This document shows, one piece after another, positions 55,348 through 64,000 of a stretch of DNA of 64,000 bases. The translations under genes were made by a program, and so were the position numbers. The notes under the pieces are model-generated. The model was given only the letters and a program-made list of their open reading frames with translations, made no database searches and had not been told where the DNA came from. Each line of letters opens with the position of its first letter. The stretch's first letter is position 1. This DNA comes from Hyphomicrobiales bacterium (GTDB lineage Bacteria; Pseudomonadota; Alphaproteobacteria; Rhizobiales; Aestuariivirgaceae): the NCBI GenBank assembly GCA_031359445.1, contig JANMAE010000071.1, positions 13,029-77,028 of the forward strand, in the 5' to 3' direction.

Positions 55348-57039
55348 ATGCCTGCACTGGTTTTTTTGCAGGAGAAAACGCGTTTGTTACAGGATTTCTT
55401 TGTGCGGTTGCAAATGGGACTGGCGGGTCTCGGCTTGAAGCGCGTCTTGGCGCTGGCAATCGCCGGCATCGTGGTTTTCACGCTGGTTGCCGCCAGCAGC
55501 TATTATCTCAGCCTGCCGACACGAGAAGTTATCTATTCCGGCCTTGATTTGCAGGATGTCAACCAGATCGGGGCGGTGCTCGAGGAGTCCGGCATTCCCT
55601 TTGACGTCAATCCTGAAGGAACAGCAGTCCTCGTGGATTATGGCCATACCGCCAAGGCACGCATGATATTGGCTGAAAAGGGGCTGCCAAAGGGCGACAA
55701 GTCAGGGTACGAACTTTTCGACAATCTGGGCTCGATGGGGCTCACGTCTTTCATGCAGCAAATCACCAAGGTAAGGGCTCTCGAAGGCGAACTCGCGCGC
55801 ACCATACAGCTCATGAAAGGCATCAAGGCAGCACGCGTCCACATCGTGTTGCCCCAGGAAGGAACCTTCCGCAGCATGAAGGAACCGCCATCAGCATCGG
55901 TCATCATCCGAACTGAACTGAATGATGGTAAAGTCTATGCAGCAGCCATCCAGCAACTCGTGGGTGCGGCAATTCCAGGCATGACCAAGGATATGGTAAC
56001 AGTCCTTAGTACCGATGGCTCAATCCTGGCTTCGCACGAAGACGGTCAGTCAGCAGGGCCGGAAAACATGGTCACTCTTGAGAAATCGCTGGCCAAGGAC
56101 ATTGAGCAGCGCATTGGCATGACCCTGGCACCGTTCCTTGGGCCCGACAATTTCCGCATCAGTGTTACCGCCAAACTCAACACCGACCGCAAGCAGACAA
56201 GTGAAACCACCTTTGATCCCGAATCCAAAGTAGAAAGGTCCGTACGCACGGTCAAGGAACTGGGAGAGGCTCAGAACAAGAACAGTCAATCCGCCACGGG
56301 TGTGGACCAGAATATTCCAACAGCGGTTGCCCCTGCGGCCGGCGCTGACCAATCCACCGAAAAGAATGACAAGCGCGAGGAACTCACAAACTACGAAATA
56401 AATTCTAAGTCCGTGGCAACGACAAGCGAAGGCTATCACATCGAGAATCTTTCGATAGCTGTCATCATCAACAAGACCCAACTGGCCAAGGCGCTGGGAG
56501 CAGGCGCCACCCCTGAACAGATCGCTGCGCAACTGACAGAACTACAAGCGCTCGTGTCTTCCGCCAGTGGCATGATTGATGCACGTGGTGACAAGATAAA
56601 ACTCACCGCTGAAGATTTTCTTGCAGTCGACAGCTTGCTTGATCCAGTGCCGTCGTCATCTGCAATGGAAATTCTCAGTCACAACCTTGGCGCATTCATC
56701 AACGCATTTGCCTTGCTGGGTATCGTGCTCTTGGTCCTGCTCCTGGGTCTGCGCCCGGCACTTCGCATGATCCTCGAAAGCAGGCAGGCAGAACCGCGGG
56801 ACCAGTTGCCGATGGTGAGTGCATATGGAAATGACCCACAACTACCAATGGGCAGCGCGGCAATAGGACTGCCTCAAGGAGGTGACATGTCAGGTGGCAT
56901 GATTGCGGATTTCTCAGGGTCAAATGGATCCAGAAATCCTGCCCAGCAAAAGTTGGAAAAACTGGTCAGTGGTGACAGTGAAAAAGCCGCAAAAATTCTG
57001 AAGGAGTGGTTGGCTCAACCCAAGGCGAGCACAGCATGA
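55348..57039 (+). CDS. fliF: Flagellar MS-ring protein FliF
   Basis: GYELFDNLGSMGLTSFMQQITKVRALEGELARTI and the ARVHIVLPQE motif; C-terminal TM. The start is uncertain (55312, 55321 or 55348). The ORF-track start at 55207 lies inside the flagellin 3 gene and its terminator. Confidence 0.9.
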   Translation: MPALVFLQEKTRLLQDFFVRLQMGLAGLGLKRVLALAIAGIVVFTLVAASSYYLSLPTREVIYSGLDLQDVNQIGAVLEESGIPFDVNPEGTAVLVDYGHTAKARMILAEKGLPKGDKSGYELFDNLGSMGLTSFMQQITKVRALEGELARTIQLMKGIKAARVHIVLPQEGTFRSMKEPPSASVIIRTELNDGKVYAAAIQQLVGAAIPGMTKDMVTVLSTDGSILASHEDGQSAGPENMVTLEKSLAKDIEQRIGMTLAPFLGPDNFRISVTAKLNTDRKQTSETTFDPESKVERSVRTVKELGEAQNKNSQSATGVDQNIPTAVAPAAGADQSTEKNDKREELTNYEINSKSVATTSEGYHIENLSIAVIINKTQLAKALGAGATPEQIAAQLTELQALVSSASGMIDARGDKIKLTAEDFLAVDSLLDPVPSSSAMEILSHNLGAFINAFALLGIVLLVLLLGLRPALRMILESRQAEPRDQLPMVSAYGNDPQLPMGSAAIGLPQGGDMSGGMIADFSGSNGSRNPAQQKLEKLVSGDSEKAAKILKEWLAQPKASTA

Positions 57040-57638
57040 TGAGACTTCACGCGTTATTGCCTGAGTTCAGCGCAACTGCAGCGCCATACCTTCACAAGAA
57101 TGGCGGCCACACGTCCGCAATAATGCAGGACGGCATTGCGGATTTGTTGGCAAAGGCACATGCCCGCGGACATGCCGAGGCAACAGAGACCTGTCGTGGT
57201 GAGGCAGAACTACAGCACCAGGCGCAGGAAGCCCGCCATCAACACACATTGGAAAGCGCCAGAAGAATATGGGTAGATGTAGAAAGCCGTGATCTGTCCA
57301 AAATGATCACGGCCAAGCTTGCAGATATTGAGGCGCGGCTCAGTAATTCACTGCACGATGTTCTGTTACCTTTTGTCGAGAAACTCATCCCACAGGCAGC
57401 AATGGGTGATTTTCAAAAAATTCTCCAGTCAGCAATGCCAGAAGACTTCAAGGGGCCGCTCCACCTCTCGGGACCTGCCGATCTAGTTGCAAAGGTCAAA
57501 GGCAGTCTTGCTGCATCTGGCATCGAAGTATGCGATGAAGTGGGAGCGCATAGCGAGGTAAGAGGACGTTCTGCCACATTCAATGTGACGACGCGGATTA
57601 AGTCCTGGACAGATGTTATACTGGGAACCGAACCATGA
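57036..57638 (+). CDS. Hypothetical flagellar-cluster protein (possibly FliH-like)
   Basis: ATGATGA overlap with the fliF stop and a 4-nt overlap with motB. A charged helical N-terminal half is weakly reminiscent of FliH. No firm motif. Confidence 0.35.
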   Translation: MMRLHALLPEFSATAAPYLHKNGGHTSAIMQDGIADLLAKAHARGHAEATETCRGEAELQHQAQEARHQHTLESARRIWVDVESRDLSKMITAKLADIEARLSNSLHDVLLPFVEKLIPQAAMGDFQKILQSAMPEDFKGPLHLSGPADLVAKVKGSLAASGIEVCDEVGAHSEVRGRSATFNVTTRIKSWTDVILGTEP

Positions 57639-58825
57639 GTGCGGATGGCAGTGCCCACCCCGTTGAATCCATCATCATTGTGCGTCGCAAGTCGCGTGGC
57701 GACCATGGTCATCATGGCGGTGCATGGAAGATTGCATATGCCGATTTTGTGACGGCCATGATGGCATTCTTCCTGGTGATGTGGCTGATCAATGCTGCAA
57801 ATGATAAAACCAAGGCGCAGGTCGCCAGTTACTTCAATCCGATCAAGCTCACCGATACATCAACCACAAAAAAGGGCTTGAACGAGCCCACCAAGAAATC
57901 CGAAACCGATGCGGAAAAGGTGAAAGCCCCCGCCAGCGAAGGCAAAGAAGGATCAATAGAAGGAACTCCCAAAGCCGAAGCGGCCCAGAAAACGGAAGAG
58001 GCTGCCAAGAACAAGGAAGCAGTCCAGGGCCACTTTACAGAGGAGGAGCTATTCAAGAACCCCTATGGCGTTCTCGCCCAATTGGCCAGTGAGGCGATAG
58101 GCGGCGCGCCTTCGGGCCATTCAGCAAAAGGATTGGCTATTGTTGAAATAGCAGATCCTGGACACAAGGGAGGCTCAGCGTATAGGGATCCCTTTGACCC
58201 TCTCTCGTGGAAGGCGCTTCCTACACCTCAAAAAACACCTCCTCCAAGCAATGACAAAACTGCAACGCCTGAGCAAGCTAAACCTTCTGCGCCTGCAATT
58301 AAACCCCCAGAGCTGTTGCCAAAGATCGATTTGCCAGAAAATTCCGTGGTGAAGTCCGACGCCAATGTTGCCTTGGCTGTCAAGGAACGCTTGTCTCAAT
58401 CCCTGAAGCAATTCAATCCCAAGGAAGCACCAGTTCTGGAAGTCAAGCAAACCAAGGAGGGTGTGCTTGTCAGCCTCACGGATAGCTTGAACGTTGATAT
58501 GTTTTCGGTGGGTTCCGCAGAGCCCAGTCCGCAACTCGTGATTTTGATGGAAAAAATTGCGGATACACTGCGAACCTACAAGGGCAAGATCGTCATCAGG
58601 GGTCACACGGACGCAAGGCGGTTCAAGAATCGCGACTATGACAACTGGCGGCTTTCAACGGCGCGCGCCCAGATGGCCTATTACATGCTGATAAGAGCAG
58701 GTGTTGACGAAAACAGCGTGGAGCGGATCGAAGGTTATGCAGACCGTGAATTGAAGAACCCGCAAAAGCCCGAGGCAGCCGAAAACCGACGTATCGAATT
58801 GCTTCTGAAGGTGGACGCACCATGA
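57635..58825 (+). CDS. motB: Flagellar motor stator protein MotB (long rhizobial type)
   Basis: N-terminal WKIAYADFVTAMMAFFLVMWL plug/TM with the conserved Asp, a long K/E/P/A-rich linker, and a C-terminal OmpA-like domain (IRGHTDARRF...NWRLSTARA). Confidence 0.9.
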   Translation: MSADGSAHPVESIIIVRRKSRGDHGHHGGAWKIAYADFVTAMMAFFLVMWLINAANDKTKAQVASYFNPIKLTDTSTTKKGLNEPTKKSETDAEKVKAPASEGKEGSIEGTPKAEAAQKTEEAAKNKEAVQGHFTEEELFKNPYGVLAQLASEAIGGAPSGHSAKGLAIVEIADPGHKGGSAYRDPFDPLSWKALPTPQKTPPPSNDKTATPEQAKPSAPAIKPPELLPKIDLPENSVVKSDANVALAVKERLSQSLKQFNPKEAPVLEVKQTKEGVLVSLTDSLNVDMFSVGSAEPSPQLVILMEKIADTLRTYKGKIVIRGHTDARRFKNRDYDNWRLSTARAQMAYYMLIRAGVDENSVERIEGYADRELKNPQKPEAAENRRIELLLKVDAP

Positions 58826-59997
58826 GGCATGGGTTCGCATGGGCAGCGGTAGGCATGTCTGTTTTGATGCTGGCTCAAGGTGCTGGAGCAGGTAGTAAGA
58901 TAAATGTGCAATTTCGGGATTCAGTCCGCACGCTTGAAAACGTGCAGGATTTGACTGCAAGGGGAGATCAGTCCGCCGCTGATCTACAATCCAAGCTGCT
59001 TCTTCAAATTGAATCCGATCTGAAACACGCCGAAAAATCCGACTTGCAGGACACCCGCAACTTGCGCGCCATGGCAATTTATCTGTTCAGTGGCGGCAAT
59101 CCGGACGCCGCTGAACGGCGTCTTATTACATTGAAAATGGCTGCAGGGGATAAGAATTTGCTGGATGGCGCCTTGGCCTATGCGAGGAGTGACAAGGCAA
59201 ATGCTGTAAGACACTTGAGTGATGTCCTTCCAGCAGATCTGCCTGCGAATCTGGGGGGAAGGGTCGCTCTGGTGAAGTCCATTTTGTCTTCGGAAGAGAA
59301 TCTTCACGCGTCTCTCGCGATGCTGGACACTGCGCGCGCGCTCATGCCAGGAACATTGGTAGAAGAAGCGGCCCTGCGTCGCTGCATAAGTTTTGCCGGT
59401 ATGCTGTCTGAAATTGCAGAGCTGGAACGCTGCGCTTCACTCTATATTCGGCGATACGCCAACTCAGTCTATTGGCTGGAGTTTGAAGAAAGCCTCATCA
59501 CCAGTGTGGTTCAGGTGGATTATGGCAAGCCTGGGCGTTCCTTCCAAAACCTCAATGCGGTTCTCGAAGATCTTCGCCCCGATCTGCATCGAAAAATGCT
59601 CCTGTCCATTAGCAGGGCAGCAGTAAACCACGGAAGATTTTCAACGGCTCTCGCCTGCGCGCAAAAAGCAAATGACATGTCTCGCGCGGATAGTCTCGAT
59701 AAGGCCAAGGCAAATCTCTATCTCACTGCCACGCTGATATCCCAGTCGGATTTTGAACTTGGCCTAGGGAAACTTGCAGCAATTGATGGAACAGCCTTCG
59801 CTGGCGATGACCAGATTCTATTTCAAAAAGTTTGGAAGCTGGTTGAGCAAATTACGGCCAATCCCTTGATGAACAAAAACCAGGTCATCCAATCATTGAC
59901 GCCCGAAGAAATCACTGATGGTGCCGAGCCAGTCTACTTGAGCCTTCTCACCCGGGCGGAAAAAGCACTGGCGGATCCAGCTTCCGAAAAGTTTTGA
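58822..59997 (+). CDS. motC: Periplasmic motility protein MotC
   Basis: Signal peptide and a helical repeat-like body. Its position directly after motB matches Sinorhizobium/Agrobacterium. Confidence 0.7.
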   Translation: MRHGFAWAAVGMSVLMLAQGAGAGSKINVQFRDSVRTLENVQDLTARGDQSAADLQSKLLLQIESDLKHAEKSDLQDTRNLRAMAIYLFSGGNPDAAERRLITLKMAAGDKNLLDGALAYARSDKANAVRHLSDVLPADLPANLGGRVALVKSILSSEENLHASLAMLDTARALMPGTLVEEAALRRCISFAGMLSEIAELERCASLYIRRYANSVYWLEFEESLITSVVQVDYGKPGRSFQNLNAVLEDLRPDLHRKMLLSISRAAVNHGRFSTALACAQKANDMSRADSLDKAKANLYLTATLISQSDFELGLGKLAAIDGTAFAGDDQILFQKVWKLVEQITANPLMNKNQVIQSLTPEEITDGAEPVYLSLLTRAEKALADPASEKF

Positions 59998-60001
59998 CAG
60001 G

Positions 60002-61252
60002 ATGGAAAATACTATGGGAATGAAACCCTCTATTGACGTTGAAACCATGGGTCCTGGCAGAAAATCATCAATCGGGCGCCGTTCAGGGCAAGGTCAAAAT
60101 CTGGCAAAAGCCGCCAGCATGTTTCCGGCTTTGCTCGGGAAAATGCAGCCTGCCAAGCATATGGACGAGAAATTGACTGTCATGTCGCTCGAGGTGGAAA
60201 TCAGCGAAGATAAAACCTCCTATGTATCGGCCCCGCGGACAAAACACCCAAAGCGCAGCGAAAACCATGCAACAAGAAACCCGGAGGTAAAGGGTGAGGA
60301 TGCCGTAAAGATTTTACAAAATCTCATTGCCACCATTCCGCTTCGCGAACCGGAAAAACTACCCATTGTGCCGGATGACAACACCGCGCCGTCATTGTCG
60401 ACGTACATACCCAAAATGAATACATCTGATACAGATGGCAAACACACACGCCAGGATAAGCCCCTTTCTGTCCTCGGTAAGCAAACTGATAAAATCTCAT
60501 CTCAACCGCAACTCCTCAAGCACCCGAAGCTACGAGAATTAGCTTCGGATGTGCCACCAACTCCCGATGCAGCACTTCAAAATGACCTCCAAGAACCAGT
60601 AGCTCCTGTGGAAGCCAGCATTGGAGAAAGACCAGAGCCTCATGTTCTGGAAATGAAAATCCTGAAGATCGAAACCTCTTTCGGGCCTGCAGCGTCCACC
60701 TCGCTGATCACGCAATTTTCCAATGCAGTCATTGAAAATCTCGACCGCGCACCAAAGGCAGCTCCTGTGCCTTGGATTAACGCAGTGCAGGCCCCGCGTG
60801 ACACGGTGGTCAAGAGCATTCAATTGCGTTTCCATCCCGAAGATTTGGGAAAAATCAATGTGACAATGCATCTTCGCGGCGATGAATTGAAATTGAAAAT
60901 TGAAGTCACAAGTCATCAAACCGAAGCGCTGCTGCGGAAAGATCACGAATTGCTGCAAAATCTGATGGGGCGCGCGGGCTATGATGTGCCAGAAGCTTCG
61001 GTTGTCATCACCGTGAATGCGGTGGACGCTGCACCGCTTCCCCGCACGGTCGTGGCTGCCGATCACACGCCAGATGCGTTTTTGGGGCAGGGGGGACGCC
61101 AGTATGAGGGGCCAAACAGTGAAAGCAGAAATCAATTCCATAACCCGCGGAGCGCGCCGTCCTACGCCGCTCCAACGGAAGGAGAGTCCAACGCCAGGTT
61201 TTCAAAGGTGGATACAGTTTCTGCTGTTCGCGAGCGTGGCATATTCATATAA
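60002..61252 (+). CDS. fliK: Flagellar hook-length control protein FliK (MotD)
   Basis: C-terminal Flg_hook-like domain IQLRFHPEDLGKINVTMHLRGDELKLKIEV..., and a Pro/charged-rich N-terminal half. Confidence 0.7.
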   Translation: MENTMGMKPSIDVETMGPGRKSSIGRRSGQGQNLAKAASMFPALLGKMQPAKHMDEKLTVMSLEVEISEDKTSYVSAPRTKHPKRSENHATRNPEVKGEDAVKILQNLIATIPLREPEKLPIVPDDNTAPSLSTYIPKMNTSDTDGKHTRQDKPLSVLGKQTDKISSQPQLLKHPKLRELASDVPPTPDAALQNDLQEPVAPVEASIGERPEPHVLEMKILKIETSFGPAASTSLITQFSNAVIENLDRAPKAAPVPWINAVQAPRDTVVKSIQLRFHPEDLGKINVTMHLRGDELKLKIEVTSHQTEALLRKDHELLQNLMGRAGYDVPEASVVITVNAVDAAPLPRTVVAADHTPDAFLGQGGRQYEGPNSESRNQFHNPRSAPSYAAPTEGESNARFSKVDTVSAVRERGIFI

Positions 61253-61775
61253 TCTGGTGAGTGTTCCTGAGAGTGCGGCCGCAGGCCTGAACATTTGTGA
61301 ACGTGAAATGATCGCGGCTTCCGCGTTGCATAAGGTCCCCCTGGGAGTGCTCTATGCCGTGGGTATGACGGAGACCGGCAAGAAGGGCTCTCTGCACCCC
61401 TATGCTCTGAATATTGAGGGTAAGACTGTTTTTACGGCAAGCGAGCAGGAAGCCATGCAAACTTTCAACACCGCCCGTAGGGGTGGCGCAATACTCATCG
61501 ACTTGGGATGCATGCAGATCAACCATCACTATCACGGCGCCAATTTTGCTTCTCCCGATGAGATGCTGAACCCGCGCAAGAACGTTGAATATGCTGCCAA
61601 ATTTCTGAGCGAATTGCGGGTTCAGGAAGGCAGCTGGACCATGGCCGTCGCCCGCTATCATGCGGGTCCCAACAATAATCCCGCACAGAAGCGCTATGTC
61701 TGCCTTGTCATCAGGAATTTGGTGGCCAGCGATTTCGGCGCATGGACGCCCGAAGCCAGGAGCTTCTGCAAGTGA
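61104..61775 (+). CDS. SLT-domain lytic transglycosylase-like protein
   Basis: The region MIAASALHKVPLGVLYAVGMTETG...YALNIEG...GCMQINHHYH...NVEYAAKFL...YHAG resembles the soluble lytic transglycosylase fold, with the catalytic Glu in the TE(T/S)G context. The start is uncertain: ATG 61104 gives a hydrophobic signal-like segment and a 149-nt overlap with fliK, while GTG 61257 gives no signal. Confidence 0.6.
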   Translation: MRGQTVKAEINSITRGARRPTPLQRKESPTPGFQRWIQFLLFASVAYSYNLVSVPESAAAGLNICEREMIAASALHKVPLGVLYAVGMTETGKKGSLHPYALNIEGKTVFTASEQEAMQTFNTARRGGAILIDLGCMQINHHYHGANFASPDEMLNPRKNVEYAAKFLSELRVQEGSWTMAVARYHAGPNNNPAQKRYVCLVIRNLVASDFGAWTPEARSFCK

Positions 61776-61851
61776 TTCCCAGCAGCAATCTACAGGTTAG
61801 CACAAGCTCTCGACGATAGGCTGAAGTCTGTTCAGTTCTTGGAGAAGTTGT

Positions 61852-63114
61852 ATGAGCTTGTATGGAATAATGCGAACCAGTACCTCTGGCATGGCAGCTC
61901 AGGCGAGCCGGCTGGCGACGGTGGCCGACAACATAGCCAATGTGAATACCAATGGTTACAAGCGCGCCTCGACGGAATTTTCCTCGCTCCTGATTGAAAC
62001 TTTTCCGTCTGCGCCGGATTACACATCTGGTTCTGTTCTCACGCAAGTTCGCCATGCCGTAAGTGAACAGGGAAGTTTTCAAAACACCACATCGACAACG
62101 GATCTTGCAGTGCGGGGCGAAGGATTCTTTGTGGTAGCTGATCCCTCAGGTGCACCATTTCTCACCCGCGCTGGCTCATTCGTAAAGAATGAAGCAGGTG
62201 AACTCGTGAATGCGGGTGGTTTCAAACTCTTGGGATATCCTCTGACGAACGGCCAGCCTTCGGTGGTCGTAAATGGTTTCACTGGCCTTCTTCCCGTCAA
62301 CTTTTCCGGCATCGCATTGACAGCAGCACCCAGCATGGTTGGCCAATTCACTGCGAACCTTCCTTCCAACGCTCCCGTTACTGCTGCCGCAGTCCTGCCC
62401 TCTACAAATTCCCCAACCGTACAATATTCCGGGAAGTCCTCTCTCGTTGGCTATGACAATCTCGGCAATGAAGTCATCCTCGATGTATATTTTGCCAAAA
62501 CTGCTGCAAATACCTGGGAAGCCTCCGTCTACAACAAAGCCGATGCCACAAATGGTAGCTTTCCCTATTCCTCTGCAGCATTGTCCACAACACCTCTTGC
62601 TTTTGATGGAACCACGGGCACACTGACACCTACCAGCGCACAATCATTTTCGGTTCCTGTCTCCAACGGCGCCACGCTCGTAATCGACATTTCGAAAACC
62701 AGTCAACTCGCGACCGATTACACGGTGCTGGGTGCCAAGATTGGTGGCAATCCACCCAGTGGCGTGGATCTGGTAGAAATTGCCAAGGACGGCACTTTCT
62801 ATGCAACATTTGAAAATGGCACGCGTATTGCCGTTTATAAGATACCCCTCGCGACGGTGACCAGCCCGGACAACATGACACCTCTGACCGGCAATGTTTT
62901 TTCCGCCACGAAATCTTCTGGCGACATTGAAGTAGGATTTGCGGATACGGCCAGCTTCGGCTCCGTGCTTTCCAGCACGCTTGAACAATCCACCGTAGAT
63001 CTCGCAACGGAGCTTACGACCATGATTGATTCTCAGCGGGGCTATTCAGCGAATTCGAAAGTATTCCAGACGGGGGCAGAACTTATGGATGTCCTCATCA
63101 ATTTGAAACGGTAA
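61852..63114 (+). CDS. flgE: Flagellar hook protein FlgE
   Basis: MSLYGIMRTSTSGMAAQASRLATVADNIANVNTNGYK and C-terminal STVDLATELTTMIDSQRGYSANSKVFQT. Confidence 0.9.
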   Translation: MSLYGIMRTSTSGMAAQASRLATVADNIANVNTNGYKRASTEFSSLLIETFPSAPDYTSGSVLTQVRHAVSEQGSFQNTTSTTDLAVRGEGFFVVADPSGAPFLTRAGSFVKNEAGELVNAGGFKLLGYPLTNGQPSVVVNGFTGLLPVNFSGIALTAAPSMVGQFTANLPSNAPVTAAAVLPSTNSPTVQYSGKSSLVGYDNLGNEVILDVYFAKTAANTWEASVYNKADATNGSFPYSSAALSTTPLAFDGTTGTLTPTSAQSFSVPVSNGATLVIDISKTSQLATDYTVLGAKIGGNPPSGVDLVEIAKDGTFYATFENGTRIAVYKIPLATVTSPDNMTPLTGNVFSATKSSGDIEVGFADTASFGSVLSSTLEQSTVDLATELTTMIDSQRGYSANSKVFQTGAELMDVLINLKR

Positions 63115-63142
63115 TCTTCAGCGCAATTGATGTGAGATAAAA

Positions 63143-64000
63143 ATGGCGGCACTTTCAACGGCACTGAATATCGCCAGATCAAGCCTTGCAACGGTCTCGG
63201 GGCAAACCGCTGTTGCCTCGCGCAACATTGCGAATGTCAACAATACCGATTACACCCGGAAGTCCGCCGCCATCATTTCATTGTCGGGCGGTTCAACTGC
63301 CATCTCAGGCTACAATCGCGCTGCAGATAAACTGCTGCTCGATAAATTGCTGACGGCCACCGCCAACTCCGCCGCCAGTGACTCCATCCTGAGTGGCTTG
63401 CAGCGCTTGAGCGAAACGGTAGGCGACCCCAGCGCGTCCTCCTCTCCGGCTGGAATGCTTGGCAAGTTCCAGACATCGCTCCAAACCTATGAGCAAAACC
63501 CGTCCGATCAGACCCTTGCGCAAAATGCCGTACGGGTTGCAGGCGATCTCGTACGTTCCCTGAACGCTGCTACAAATACAATCCAGAGTGTCCGCCAGCA
63601 GGCAGACTCCAATATGTCTGAGTCAGTGGATCGCATAAACACCCTTTTGCAGCAGTTCAAGGTTGCCAATGATGCCGTCGTCCGCGGCGATGGTTCATCT
63701 GCCGAACTGAGTGAAAACCTCGACTCGCGCGACAGAATCATCAAGCTTCTGTCGGAAGAACTAGGCATTCGATCAGTGACGGGCGCAAACAATGATATTG
63801 CGCTCTACACCGACAGTGGCGTTACGTTATTTGAAAAAGTGCCACGCACAGTGTCAATGCCGGCCACGCCGAGCATGGTGCCAGGTGTTTCTGGCAACGC
63901 CGTCTATATAGATGGCGTGGATGTCACAAGTCCGACGAGTTCCATGGCAACCCGATCGGGGAACCTCTTTGGCCTGGCAAAACTTCGCGACGACATCACA
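63143..64000 (+). CDS. flgK: Flagellar hook-associated protein 1 FlgK (N-terminal 286 codons; runs off the window end)
   Basis: My translation from ATG 63143 gives MAALSTALNIARSSLATVSGQTAVASRNIANVNNTDYTRK..., open to position 64000. It is absent from the ORF track because it has no stop. Confidence 0.8.
   Translation, partial: MAALSTALNIARSSLATVSGQTAVASRNIANVNNTDYTRKSAAIISLSGGSTAISGYNRAADKLLLDKLLTATANSAASDSILSGLQRLSETVGDPSASSSPAGMLGKFQTSLQTYEQNPSDQTLAQNAVRVAGDLVRSLNAATNTIQSVRQQADSNMSESVDRINTLLQQFKVANDAVVRGDGSSAELSENLDSRDRIIKLLSEELGIRSVTGANNDIALYTDSGVTLFEKVPRTVSMPATPSMVPGVSGNAVYIDGVDVTSPTSSMATRSGNLFGLAKLRDDIT

Noticed and set aside
57900-58300. The low-complexity K/E/A/P-rich stretch in MotB as a possible repeat-encoded or separate gene.
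   Set aside because: It is a continuous in-frame linker between the MotB TM/plug and the OmpA-like domain. Long linkers of this type are normal for rhizobial MotB.
1-64000. A search by eye for tRNA/rRNA genes, CRISPR repeats, transposases, integrases, toxin-antitoxin pairs, restriction-modification systems or other defence systems.
   Set aside because: None was found. All sizeable intergenic regions are accounted for by promoters, terminators or the AT-rich leader. The only methyltransferase (4877-6100) is a small-molecule/protein-type SAM enzyme without a partner nuclease or DNA-methylase motifs.

Overview
The gene content and order point to an alphaproteobacterial chromosome of the Hyphomicrobiales/Rhizobiales type. 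The window splits into two parts.

Positions 1-36.4 kb hold metabolic and accessory genes:
- a carbohydrate ABC importer operon followed by a GH2 glycosidase (partial)
- a SAM-dependent methyltransferase and catalase HPII
- a divergent fatty-acid beta-oxidation cluster with two acyl-CoA ligases, a thiolase, a FadN-type bifunctional enzyme and an acyl-CoA dehydrogenase
- an unexplained, tightly coupled three-gene cluster: an acyltransferase/alpha-beta-hydrolase fusion, a glucoamylase-like protein and a disulfide oxidoreductase
- a second ABC importer operon with two decayed gene remnants in and next to it
- a TPR/ATP-grasp gene coupled to sthA
- a group of c-di-GMP genes (PAS-GGDEF-EAL, plus a secreted protein coupled to a membrane GGDEF) and a MerR regulator

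Positions 36.4-64 kb hold a Rhizobiaceae/Brucella-style flagellar regulon. It begins with an unusually AT-rich 600-bp leader and an FtcR/Rem-like orphan OmpR-type regulator. The gene order after that is fliI-flgF-DUF1217 (minus strand), motA-fliM-fliN-fliG-flhB, flgBC-fliE-flgG-flgA-flgI-motE-flgH-fliL-fliP, three tandem flagellin genes, fliF, motB-motC-fliK(motD), an SLT-like transglycosylase, flgE and the start of flgK.

I found no rRNA, tRNA, CRISPR array, transposase or integrase. I also found no recognisable defence or toxin system.

The items I consider least explained are the 17.3-22.5 kb three-gene cluster (which includes an apparent Ser-to-Ala change at the hydrolase nucleophile), the AT-rich ftcR leader with a perfect CtrA-type box, the secreted-protein/diguanylate-cyclase pair, and the ATP-grasp/sthA pair.

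All functional calls come from motif recognition by eye on the supplied translations. No database search was run.
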